From: Cyanophora paradoxa CCMP329
Lineage: Eukaryota; Plantae; Glaucophyta
NCBI GenBank assembly: GCA_004431415.1
Contig: QPMI01000068.1
Coordinates: 1-64,000, forward strand
Reading direction: 5' to 3'
Length of the DNA stretch: 64,000 nucleotides
Shown here in pieces: positions 45,264 through 56,113 of this stretch (position 1 is its first letter; every line of letters starts with the position of its first letter). Position numbers and translations under genes: made by a program. The notes under the pieces were generated by a model. It ran no database searches and had not been told where the DNA came from. It saw only the letters and a list, made by a program, of their open reading frames with translations.

Positions 45264-46646
45264 TTATGAACGAGATGACCGAAGAATGCGCGTAGTAGGG
45301 GCTGTATAGCTTGCGCTCTGATTCTTGAATGATTTATACCACCTCTGACTGTTTACCTCTGAGAGCTTCTCAGTTCCCGCGATCGTTAATTTAGCGAGCT
45401 CTCTCAGCGCCCTCTTTGTCTTTTCTGCGCGATCTTCCAATAATGCGCCTTTTGGAACACTTGCGGCGACATCTATACCTTCCTTTTGAACCTGCCGGAT
45501 AGAGGCGGCTTCTATTTCGGCTGCTTTGATTGCGTTGCCTGATGGTTCCACCACAGCCTCGACCTCTGTAATGATTTGCAATTCGTGCGGCTTAAAAAGC
45601 TTCGGCATAACGTTCCCCGCTGCATCTTGCACCTCTATCGCGTTTCCTCTCCTTCCCGCAATTTTGTAGACCTCTCGGCTATACCTTTGAGTCGCCCCTT
45701 TATCGAATTTTGATCTCGGCAATAACAGGCGGACGTGGAGACCCGGCTTAAAGTCGCTGAATATATCCTTGACGATTGTGTTCTTCCTTGAAATAATAGC
45801 CGCTCGGATCCGCTCCATATCTGAGAGCTTAACATCACCGGGTTTCATTCCTATTGTTCTGTGAATTGTGTTATTGTAATTAAAAACGAAGTCGTCCAAT
45901 TTGTCCATAAATCGCACAGTGTTATAAGCGACACAGTAATTGTTTATCATCGTTTTTAGGGTCAAATGAAAGCGATTCATTATTCCCAGCGAAGTGTGAT
46001 CTCCGACCTGTTTAAAGCGGTGCTCTATTCCATTATTTTTCACGATCTCCTGAAACTCCTTCGCGACGAATTCTGAACCGTTATCTGTCTCTAATCGAAC
46101 CATTGGAGCCGGGAGCTCTGTGAGCATCTCCGCAAAAGCGGCGGCAACACTTGCGCCCTCTTTATTCTTTAATTTCTTGGCATATGCTTTTCGGCTCGTC
46201 ATCTCGATGAGAGTAAGGACTGCAATGTAGCCGGAATTATAGTTGCCATAAGAGAGATAAAAGATGAGATCCGCTTGGTAACACCACGGCGGGGCTGTGA
46301 TGGGAATAAAAGCGGTTTGGGTTGGTGCGGGGGGCTTCTTGTTGATCTGCATAAATTCTTGTTTCGCTGCGACATCTTGCACTTCTTTCAATGTGAGGGT
46401 CTTGTCCTCTTTTCTCAGCTCTTCGTACAATGCCGATGGGTTCTTAAAACCCATCTTTGGGTCATACATGCGTCGCACGATCTTAGAGGACGGGTTAGCA
46501 ATGCTAAAAGGAACGTCTCCTAATAAATTGGATTTTGCTTGGCGTTTTGTAATTTTTTGGAGGACTTGCTCAGTTTCAGGAACCGCGATAGGTAGTATGG
46601 TAGTCTCTGTTTCCTCGCCCGCTACCCTTCTAACGATCCGTGACAT
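45264..46646 (-). CDS. PLV-C rve/DDE integrase
   Basis: YQADLIF, ETDNGSEF, GIMNRFHLTLK (expected third acidic residue appears as N), YNNTIHRTIGMKP. Confidence 0.92.
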   Translation of the reverse strand: MSRIVRRVAGEETETTILPIAVPETEQVLQKITKRQAKSNLLGDVPFSIANPSSKIVRRMYDPKMGFKNPSALYEELRKEDKTLTLKEVQDVAAKQEFMQINKKPPAPTQTAFIPITAPPWCYQADLIFYLSYGNYNSGYIAVLTLIEMTSRKAYAKKLKNKEGASVAAAFAEMLTELPAPMVRLETDNGSEFVAKEFQEIVKNNGIEHRFKQVGDHTSLGIMNRFHLTLKTMINNYCVAYNTVRFMDKLDDFVFNYNNTIHRTIGMKPGDVKLSDMERIRAAIISRKNTIVKDIFSDFKPGLHVRLLLPRSKFDKGATQRYSREVYKIAGRRGNAIEVQDAAGNVMPKLFKPHELQIITEVEAVVEPSGNAIKAAEIEAASIRQVQKEGIDVAASVPKGALLEDRAEKTKRALRELAKLTIAGTEKLSEVNSQRWYKSFKNQSASYTAPTTRILRSSRS

Positions 46647-46664
46647 TTTTCTAATTAAACCTGT

Positions 46665-49600
46665 TTATTTTTTGCTGCAATTGCACCCGTGATGCACGAG
46701 CTGGCAATTGTCTTGAAGGTGTGGGCGCCTGTTGTTAATGCGATCCACGACGAGCTTGTAATTCGGATCTTGTGGCTCTGTCGGAATAGGAAGGGAACAG
46801 ATCGCACAGGCGCCCTTCTGTTGCTTCTTGCGCTCTAATATCCACTCCGGCGTAATATAATCCGCCTCGTCGAAATCGCGCCCGGCGCGCTGATCCTGGC
46901 ATTTATATCCGCGGATCTTCGTTTTCAGATATTCGATGTAGTCGCTCTTTCCTTGGAATCTGTGAATCGGTGTATAAATCAGCACAGTAGACAGATCGCG
47001 GTTACGAGTGAGCGCGGTATAGAACCATTCGCGAGTGGTATAGCGGAACGTAGCCTCACAAATGACAATGCCCGAATCAAGTGTGAGACCTTGCGTTGAA
47101 TGACCTGTTCCTGCATAAGGGAGAGAAAAATGTTCTAACATCGCGCACGGAACCTCAAACGTGACACCATCGAAAACGTCCGTTAATGTGACCATTTGCT
47201 TTGTGATTTTGGTGATTTGATAGGTGAAATTCGTGTATGCGTTTATAGACTCGCCCTCAGACCGCGAAATGCGTAGATACTTGCGGCAAACGACTTCCAA
47301 ACCCTTGTAGAATTTGATGCCATTGACCTCTACGGTTGGGATATTTACTTTTCGTCTATCGTGCATCAGTTTGTTATAGGCTAAGGTCATTTCGTTTCTG
47401 TAAGCGATGCCAAAGTAGCCGTTGGGAATAGCGCTTAGATCATTAATTGTCGGCAACCCGTATTTCGAGATAATCTGTGCGGCTTCGAGTCCGTTCTCGA
47501 AGAGATCCTCTTTGATTGCCCGAATTAATTCACGGTCTGTTTGCTTCTTGTGTCGCTTGTTAATGCGAAGACTTAGAACGTTTGGAAACATGCTTTGCAC
47601 CGCGCGCTTATAGTAGCCCTTGCGATCAGAAACCGAGAGGTCGTCATTAATTGGTTCGTTCTGATAGGTATCCCATTAGCCAAATATTTGATATCGGGAT
47701 AGCGATCGATAAACGACTTGATCTTAGCGAGATCTTTTACGGAATACGCGAATATCTCGTCGAACATAATGTGACTGAACTCGGAGACGAACGCCCTCTG
47801 GTCTTTTTCGCTCATAGCCTCTTCGTAGGTCTGATCATTTGAGACACGGATCCCGAGAACATTATACAAAGTACGAACGGTAATATTCTCGATGCCGCGG
47901 ACTTTGAGAGAGTCCCTCAGCTCCGCGCACTGTTTGTTATAGGGGCAAATAATCAAGCAATTCGATTTTTGGGAGGCGAAACAGTTAACTCCGAGGGTCG
48001 ATTTTCCACTACCGGGCATGTCAGCAAGGACAAGCATACGATTATGGAGCTCCGCAACCCGATTAAAGCACTCCGGATTAAATTCGTCCCTTAGCGAGAA
48101 CCGGTTAATGAGTGTCTCGGGATCCTGAAATGCGAGAGTTACACCCCGTGGTGGGCGGAGTATATTTTCAGGGCATCTTTTCCCGGGAATATAGCTGAAT
48201 TTGCCCATGTTCTCAAACGCATTTCGGTCGAACTCTTTCTTACTTGTCCATGAACCTTCGATATATAGGCAATCCGTTCTGATCCCGGCAACCTTGTGCC
48301 CGCGCGCTGTCAGGCGCTTGTATTGCGCAAACATATTAGCGCGGTTGCGATCGTAAATATGAAAGTGGATTGGAAGGAACCCGTTAACAAGCTCGCGGTG
48401 AGAGCTGATCTTAACGAAATAGATGTGACCTTCGAATTCGCTGAGCTCTTTGACGCGTTTCGAATTTTTGGGGTGGAAGGTAAACACCTCTACTGTTCCT
48501 CCGCATTCTTGGGCAAACCTTTCAGCCTCGGCACGGTTGTAGAACATTTTCGTGGACGTTTGCATGTCTTGGAATTTGCCGAGCATTCCGATCTCTTTCA
48601 CTAAAATGTGCTTCTTGTCTGTGGTTTGAATGTCACTTGAAAGTACTTTCTTCATCTCGGAGATCGACGTATTGGGCACCAAATGCGAAGGCTCCGCGAC
48701 CGCGATAATCTCTATCTTGTCCTTTACGTCCGCCCAATGCATGGAGAGAGTGTAGCCTGTGATGAAATTGTAGCAGCGACCGCTCACGGAAAATGCGCGA
48801 TCCAGAATAATTTCGATTCCATCAATCTTGCGAGACATGGCGGCATCATAATCTACATCCTCATCGTCGGCGAAAGTCGCTTGCTCTCTCTCAAACGCAA
48901 CCACATGCACGTAGTAGATCGCATATTCGAGAATATCGCTTCCCGCTTTAAAGGGAACGAAATCATCAAACACATTGTACTTCGGAAGATATTGCATGCC
49001 TTTCAGTATCGAAGGGTAGCACTTCGCCATATCGACAGCTGTGTAGGTGGTGTTTGGGTTCGGCTTATAGAAATAGCCACTGAGTGCGGATCGCTTGTAG
49101 TGCGTGAGAATTTCGCGCATGTTCGGGCTGTAATGTGAGATATTCGTCGCATTTAGTAGCGACTCGCGGAACCCCTTACCGATTTCACAGACCTTATTAT
49201 AATACTCCTCTGTTTCGAAATCTTGCTCAATAAAATGGTCGGTTGTGCGTGGGTCTTTGATCGAGAACATCGACCCATTGGCTTTGAATGTAATGCTTTC
49301 GATCTGTTTCGACGGTGTTAACTTCACAGCGGGCTCATATCGCATTTTCAGGAACGTAAATAGAAGACCTTCCAGACCTTCACGCCCAGTGTAAAGAATG
49401 CGAATGAAACTGCGCTCGTCAGGTAATAGTTTTAATTGCGTGATCTTTAACAGATCCTTGGATGTGTGCGCGAAGATATCGTGAGTAAGACCCGTTGGTA
49501 TTTTGTATAGGGCTACCGAAGAGGTCGACTTAGGAACTTGGTAATCAAGCTCTTCGACCTCCATCTTAGCCATGCGCATTTCGAGCGACTTGATGTTATC

Positions 49601-50980
49601 GTTGAATATATAGATATGCTTGTTGTGAATCATGAAGTGAATATTACGGGGATTGATGTTTTTGTTAATCGAGTCCGCCGCGAATTTGTATGCTAACTTT
49701 CCGTCGACATCAAAGACGCGAAAGCCTGTCTGAATCCTCTTACAGAATTTCTCGATATGGCGGAGCGTGAGAGCCAGAGAGTCGCCAGGTGTGCGTTCAC
49801 GACCGTGAAAGAATTTATAGAGACCGTCGTACGACATAGTTAAGTCAGTATACTGCGGTTTTGGCGCCTCCTGACACTTCTTAATGGACGCTCCCCATGT
49901 GGAGATGATCATATCATAGCCGCAAGCGTTAGATGTCGATGATTTGGGAAGCTCAATAACATCTTCAAACTCAGACGCGTTTGGATTTAATGTATAGTCT
50001 GTGAATTTGCTCATAATCGCGGTGCATCGCATGCTGTCCATTAGCTCCTCATCCAGAAACGCATAGCGATTTCCAGGTATAGCACCGGCTCCATCGTCCT
50101 CGACACCTTCGTCCCCATCGATCGCGATCTCATGAACAGTTATAAAGGCATCATCGATACTGCCGCCGAAATCATCAAACATTAGGCGTAGTCTTTTCTG
50201 TTCCGCGGTTGGTGGTGTCTTAAAGAAGAACTCTTCGTATGCTTCGCCGAAAGTTTTAAGTCCTATAGCCAATTCATCGTAGTTTTCGAGTAAATAGAAG
50301 ATTGATTCTCTCTCTTCCGAATAATAACGATTTTGATCAGGTCGAATGAGAACTCCATACGCTTTATCGATTTTTGCCAGAGCAAAGCTTCGCAACACAC
50401 TCACCGAAACTGTCTCTCTTATATTGCGGTAGGTGACAAAGGTTCTATCTGGTATATTTAATTCGGGAATTCCGGGAAGAACAAGCATATCCGACGACCG
50501 AGCACCGGATCCGGGCGCCCACATCTTGAACGTAATTGTTGCGAGAGTTTCCGGATCGTATGCGGCGATTGGATCGAGAATAGTGCGTTTAATCGCATCT
50601 TCTACCGCTTTTTGTTGTCCTCTCAGTTGCTTCGCTTCAAGCTTGGCTTCTTTCGCCCGTTTCTGTGCTTGCTTGCGATCGAAGCGCTGTAAACGCTTAG
50701 CCTCTTGTTCTTTTTGCTTTTGCTTTTCTATATTAACTTGGGTGCGAGCGGCGCGCTTCTCTTTCCGCTCTGCCCTGCGGAAAACGCGGGGATTAATGAT
50801 TCCATTCAGAGTATCCCGAATGTCGATCAGCGTTTGGAGCTTGGGCTTCCGATTCATTGTGCTGTTCATCGCCCAATGCGCCTGTTCTTCGGTCAGCAAA
50901 TCCTGACTCAATCCCTGCATAATGTATCCGATAATCTCCTCCCGAACATAGTTAGCGATTCTGTTGGCTGCGCGCGGCAT
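46665..50980 (-). CDS. PLV-C TP-vOTU-PolB palm-SF1 helicase-HNH fusion (frameshifted at ~47600-47670)
   Basis: NACGY/NKHIY; DMAKCYP, KKHILVKEIG, RTDC; ADMPGSGKS, MFDEI, TGHSTQGLT, YTALTR; CAIC...VDRINNRRPHLQDNCQLVHHGCN. Confidence 0.9.
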
Positions 50981-51150
50981 CTCTATTAGTTCTTTTAAAA
51001 TAACCGGAGAAAATAATTTTAGCGCAATCTACCAAATCCTCCTTTTCATACCCTTGTTGTTAATTCCTTAAATGCTTTTTTGACCGATACGGGGAATAAA
51101 AAGGGAGGTAAAAAATTAATCATTTTTTTGCATCGTACGGATACTTTCCG

Positions 51151-51564
51151 CTACGAATTGTTCGCGTTCTCTACGACATGCTTTCGGGGTCTTCCAGCGG
51201 GCTTTTGCGGTTGGGGTTTCACCGGCGGATTCAGCTTTCGTTCCGTCCTCTTTCTGCGTTGGTATTCGCGTGCCTTTTCTCTGATTTTCTCCCGATACTC
51301 TTCATCGTCTTGGTATCGCTGCTGTTTACGAATTGCAATCTTTTGTAGCTGCTCCGGGGTAAATACAGTCGCTTCTCCTGCGGCTAATCGCTCTTGCTTT
51401 TGTCTCTGATGCTTGTTTCGCTGCCGCTCGGCATCTTTCTCGCGTTTTAGTCTTAATCTCTCCGCCTTCTCCTCTTCTGTGATCATCTTCTTTGGTCGCC
51501 CAGGTCTGCGCTTTTCCTGCTGTGCCGCCATTGCCTCTTGGTTTGAAATCTTGGGTTTCGCCAT
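51151..51564 (-). CDS. Basic putative DNA-binding protein with AT-hook-like motifs
   Basis: RRPGRPKK, PAGRPRK, RYQDDEEYRE. Confidence 0.7.
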   Translation of the reverse strand: MAKPKISNQEAMAAQQEKRRPGRPKKMITEEEKAERLRLKREKDAERQRNKHQRQKQERLAAGEATVFTPEQLQKIAIRKQQRYQDDEEYREKIREKAREYQRRKRTERKLNPPVKPQPQKPAGRPRKHVVENANNS

Positions 51565-51688
51565 TTACTATAACCGGAGAAAATAGTTTTTTGTCACTCT
51601 GTATTATTTCCCTTGCCCTTATATACCTTTTACCGAAACCGTCATTTTTTGCCCTCGACTCGATACAAGCACCACCGAAATTCACCGC

Positions 51689-52234
51689 TCAATAACCATT
51701 CCAGACGGTTCGTTCTTGTTGCTGAGGATATACATAAGGGTTTGTTAAGCTGTCATCGTCGCCTAATGCCATTTGATCCAATCTATACATCGGATAAGGC
51801 GAATCAGCGCGAATATGCCCTTCCACAAATTCGGGACATGAGCGCCTCCTAACATACTCTATTTGTACATCCTCTATCTGAGCGGTTTCGATATTAGAAC
51901 TCATAGCCGCGGGCACAGGCGAGGGCGATCGAGATCGTGGGTGGTTGTGATTGTCGCTGTGGTTAGAATATACAGAAAGGCGCCTACCTCCATTATTCTC
52001 ATCGGAAATATCAACCTCTACGGTTGTGTCGCAGCAGGAGTTGTGGCACGTGCTTGTAAAATGCAAGTAAAACATCTCAATGCATTGTGTGATGAAATTC
52101 ATCGACCCTACAAGGAAGCAACGTATTAAATATTGGAGAAAATAAAAGGGAATGAGTCTGTTGCTTGCGTGCCGCTTCAGACCCGCTCTAAATACGGGCG
52201 GGTTCATCTTTGTCTTGCAGATATTCACAGCCAT
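51689..52234 (-). CDS. Hypothetical PLV protein (start uncertain)
   Basis: ORF in the co-oriented gene run; STCHNSCC cluster. Confidence 0.45.
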   Translation of the reverse strand: MAVNICKTKMNPPVFRAGLKRHASNRLIPFYFLQYLIRCFLVGSMNFITQCIEMFYLHFTSTCHNSCCDTTVEVDISDENNGGRRLSVYSNHSDNHNHPRSRSPSPVPAAMSSNIETAQIEDVQIEYVRRRSCPEFVEGHIRADSPYPMYRLDQMALGDDDSLTNPYVYPQQQERTVWNGY

Positions 52235-52472
52235 ATTTAACCGGTCTCCCTCTATTCCTCACCACATCTTTCTGTTCTCTTCGTCAGTAATATGATGCTA
52301 AGGCTTGCTGTTTCGCACGCTCTCTATATACCGGGTCTTCCCTATATCGTTTTTGCTTCACTAAAACGCTTCTTATGTATCTGTCAGCAACAGGTTCATC
52401 ACCGGTAAATTCGATTACACTAATAGTATCGTCCATTTATATTAGCCATGGAAAAAACATTTTTGAACGACT

Positions 52473-52848
52473 TTAAAGCCAAACTCTCCGCTTGTATACT
52501 GTCGGCGCTACGGCTTTCTCTACTTCCGCTTTGGTAGCACCAGGTTCAACAGTTCCCTTTTGGGTCTTTGTCTTCAACTCATCCACCGCTTGCTCATCTA
52601 TTTGTGTCTCTTTCTTACCAATGAATTGCTTATCGGGAAGTCCGGTTATCCCCATACGGAATACTTCTTTACGCAGCATCTCCTTAATTTTAGCGCGTTC
52701 TTTCTTCTCTGTTACATACTGTTCAAGCGCGCTTGACTTCGCTTGACTTCGCTTCGAATTTCATCGGTGTAGTATTGAGAGATCCGTAACTTTCACCGCC
52801 GGAATATGAAATAGCACCAGCGGGAACACCTCTACGTTTCGGCGGCAT
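52473..52848 (-). pseudogene. Small basic PLV protein frameshifted by a 10-bp tandem duplication
   Basis: MPPKRRG...; gcttgacttc duplicated at 52731-52750; removing one copy restores the frame into MLRKEVF. Confidence 0.6.
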
Positions 52849-52876
52849 TGTATCTTTAATAATAATGAAGATAATT

Positions 52877-53659
52877 TTAAAGTCCTCTCTTATATCGCAT
52901 CAACTTATTAGTATGAACAGCGCTCTTTATCTCTTTTGGCGCTTCCTCTTGCTCAGGAGGTTTTAATTCGTCTTCTTTCTTTTTAGGCTTCCAATGAAAC
53001 CGCGGAAATCCAAAGTTTTTAACCAGTTCCGCTTTATCTACATAATACTTTACCGAATAATCAGCGGATGACCAAATGAGAAACTGATATGAATGAACGT
53101 ATTCCTCAAACATCTTATAAAAAGCGTCTTTATCCCGCATTATATTGTATTCTTCCTCAATGGCTTCCAGTTCTTTGCGATTGGCGGCACTGAGGAACAT
53201 TGCATAATCCGAATTGACGCGAATGGTTGATGAAACCTTACGCAGTTTCTGAGTTATGCAGAAAATACTAATTTGGGAATGGCGCCCGCGCGAATATACA
53301 GAGCCAATAATTTTATCACGGGTTAGGTCTACAATCTCATTGTCTATAAGATCATCGAGAACTACACATAATTGGTTTACAGGTTCTCCTTTCTCAATCT
53401 TCTCTTGTCTTTCATCGAGAAGTTTAGCAATGTAAGGAGCATCCCATTTACCGAGCTGTAATGTTGCGACATCATCCCAAAAATGATTGAATGATGTCCC
53501 ACTTATAACAAGAACAACATCTAACTTTTTCGCATCATGTAACTGTTTTAACCAATATTTTACCGCTTCTGATTTACCTGTCGCGCTTTTTCCGATTGCA
53601 AGGACACGGAAAGGTGGTTTTATCATTTCGCCAGCGTTAAATTCGGGGACGTCATCCAT
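52877..53659 (-). CDS. A32/FtsK-like genome packaging ATPase
   Basis: GKSATGKS, VVLDDL, RGRHSQIS, ITQ, IRVNSDY. Confidence 0.95.
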   Translation of the reverse strand: MDDVPEFNAGEMIKPPFRVLAIGKSATGKSEAVKYWLKQLHDAKKLDVVLVISGTSFNHFWDDVATLQLGKWDAPYIAKLLDERQEKIEKGEPVNQLCVVLDDLIDNEIVDLTRDKIIGSVYSRGRHSQISIFCITQKLRKVSSTIRVNSDYAMFLSAANRKELEAIEEEYNIMRDKDAFYKMFEEYVHSYQFLIWSSADYSVKYYVDKAELVKNFGFPRFHWKPKKKEDELKPPEQEEAPKEIKSAVHTNKLMRYKRGL

Positions 53660-53719
53660 GGTGTTGTAGATCTTCTTAATAAAGATAGATAAAAATAACG
53701 ATCTCTTACTAATAATGGT

Positions 53720-54646
53720 TTACATATTAATTCTACGAATTCCATCGCGGTCACAAATTATGAACGAGTGCATGAGAGCGCGAACGTTAACAGTAATTTT
53801 GCGATCCGCAGGGAGATACAGGGTTAGGAACGATGACGAAGAGTTCGTAAGGTCAACATATCCACTCTGTGCAATATTGCGAATCGCCTTCTCACCGTCC
53901 GTGCAGAAAGGTAGACCTGTTAGAACGTAACGGTTCGCTTCTTTGTCCATGTTCGAGCATTTGAATGTATCGGCGATGAGTTCCGCACCTTTGAGTAGCG
54001 GGATTGGCTCCGTCGAATAAAGACGCTGTCCGTTGATCTCACAAGTCATCGTGATATCCTTCGCATTCGCAAGCGTTTTAAGAACGCTGTGAGAACCGTT
54101 GGAAGAATCGACACCTTCATCATCACGTACAGAGACAAGAAGAGCATAAACCAGACCGGAGATTTGGCTAAGGTTAATTCGGTTGGGTTGAGTGTTTCCT
54201 TTCGCAGCAACGCCAATAGCATCGACAAAACCAATGTCAAGTGATGGAATCGCCATACCGGTAGTCTTGACCTTCTCAATAACCGTAGCAAACAGCTCGT
54301 CGGAGACATTGATAGCGTGCATGTAGAGGCGAGGAGACTTAATGGAGATGTAATGGGTCATTGGTGGAACAGTTCCGGCAACTTCGAACCCAGTAATAGT
54401 ACCAGTGGTGATGTTCTGACCAACATTAGCAAGAGTTACATTAGCAGCGCTTCCGAGACCGTCATTTTCGGTTTGATCCGCAGCAGCACCAACAACCGGA
54501 AGAGCGCGACCGCCGTAAGAAGTTTCAAGATATCCCTTGTTAGCTTCTTTGAACCAAACAGTAACAACCATCTCACCAGAGAGCGCACCGAGTGGTAGGT
54601 AACTGTTTAACCACGGTACCGGGATCTCAACAAAGAAAGCGCCACC
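53720..54646 (-). pseudogene. PLV-C double jelly-roll major capsid protein, C-terminal part
   Basis: Frame open to 54646 (GGAFFVEIPVPWLNSYLPLGAL); SGLVYALLVSVR and GYVDLTNSSSS match the PLV-D MCP. Confidence 0.85.
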
Positions 54647-55046
54647 AGCTCAGCACTGCGCCGTGTCTCCAAAAAAATACCCGCGAAAAAATCAAAAACA
54701 AATCAGAAAACAAACCATTCCCAGTAACCCAATCTTGAATATCAGTAAATCTCAGTAAGCCTCAGTAACCAAAATTGAATTAATCGAAGTTATATCATAA
54801 TCTCGATTAATTATATCTTATCGAAGTTATATCTTTTTTATGCGCCGTGTCTCCAAAACAATTCCCAAGAAAAACAAACCATTCACAGTAACCCAATTCC
54901 AAATCTCACTAAATCTCAGTAAGCCTCAGTAACAAAAATCGAATTAATCGAAGTTATATCTTAAATCTTATTTATCGAAGTTATATCATAATCTCGATTA
55001 ATTATATTTAATCGAAGTTATATCCTTTTTATCCGCCGTGTCTCCC
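54647..55046. repeat. PLV-D terminal (TIR-like) region built from two ~185-bp direct repeats
   Basis: cgccgtgtctcc at ~54659, 54843, 55034; aatctcagtaagcctcagtaac twice; atcgaagttatatc five times. Confidence 0.88.
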
Positions 55047-55051
55047 ATGAT

Positions 55052-56113
55052 TTAGCGTTTGGTTAAACCACTTCTCAAATTGTATCTTCTCCTTACAACA
55101 TTACTTCGATTGGGTTTTATGCCTTCCTTTGCTACCAATCGATTCACTTTATTCGTTTTATTAACCTGCTGAATTCGTTTTTGTGATGGGATCTTAATGA
55201 TATCATCTTTATTCACCTTTTGCAATTCTTGTTTCTTAAATCTCCTCTTCACTTCTTTTGTTTCCTCACCATCATTATCTTCAAGGACTTTGAAACGATT
55301 CCTATCAGCCTTTGCAACAGTGTAGACCTTTTGACTGAATTGCGCACCTTCTTTTTCAAATAATCCCTTTGGTTGCAAAACTCGAACTGTGTCTCCTGGT
55401 TTCACTTGATTAGTATCAGCCTCCTTTACACGATTGTTGTGAACAGTATCCCTCATGTAAATAAATAACTGTTTATCTTCATTTGTATACACTGCATTCG
55501 GTGAGTCATTTTTCAATGCCGAATGGGGACTGCTATTATACAAGTCAATTACATCACTAAGTAGATCGATCCATTTCGTGGTTCCTTTTGCTGTCATCGT
55601 TTTCCTGAGATATTGTTTGAAAGTCCTAGTGAACCTATCAATTATCCCCAGTTTATCTCCTACTGTGATGTGGTCATCCTTTGCCACATCTGTGTAAAGC
55701 ATTACACCATGTTCACTGCACCAATTTCGGTATACTGCCTGGGAAAACTCATTATCCCCAGAGAGAGCATTAACTTTGCCTGCATCTTGCTTGAACCTAT
55801 TTAAAATGTTCGGGATCTCACTGCTGTTTTTAAAAGGATAAACAAATCCTTTGCGACTAAGTATGTCTACGAAACTGAGCATTTTGAAAATGCCATTGTT
55901 GGCAGTCTGAAACCCTCTGAAATATGTTATATCGATTTGAAACGATCTAGGCTTTGCTACTATGCGAAGAAACGATTTGGGTTTCCTTGGTTTCTTGTAG
56001 ATTTGCTGGAGTTCTGAATTTTTGAATTTCTTTTTCAACTCTTTCTCATCAAAACTCACCTTTTCATTAATAAGTTTCTGCCTATACTTCTTGAATGATA
56101 ATACACTATCCAT
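55052..56113 (-). CDS. PLV-D rve/DDE integrase
   Basis: FQIDITY, VDILSRK, SGDNEF, GIIDRFTRTFK, YNSSPHSAL. Confidence 0.93.
   Translation of the reverse strand: MDSVLSFKKYRQKLINEKVSFDEKELKKKFKNSELQQIYKKPRKPKSFLRIVAKPRSFQIDITYFRGFQTANNGIFKMLSFVDILSRKGFVYPFKNSSEIPNILNRFKQDAGKVNALSGDNEFSQAVYRNWCSEHGVMLYTDVAKDDHITVGDKLGIIDRFTRTFKQYLRKTMTAKGTTKWIDLLSDVIDLYNSSPHSALKNDSPNAVYTNEDKQLFIYMRDTVHNNRVKEADTNQVKPGDTVRVLQPKGLFEKEGAQFSQKVYTVAKADRNRFKVLEDNDGEETKEVKRRFKKQELQKVNKDDIIKIPSQKRIQQVNKTNKVNRLVAKEGIKPNRSNVVRRRYNLRSGLTKR

Larger units (their letters stand above)
43051..54646 (-). mobile_element. PLV-C: Polinton-like virus, left part, interrupted in its capsid gene by PLV-D
   Basis: Non-coding terminal region 43051-43630 with repeated gaggtgaaccccact, then MTase, SAMDC, integrase, PolB-helicase, ATPase and MCP. 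Confidence 0.88.

Noticed and set aside
31398-47670. Programmed frameshifting in the PolB-helicase genes of PLV-A and PLV-C
   Set aside because: Breaks are at different positions and PLV-D is continuous; decay or sequencing error is simpler
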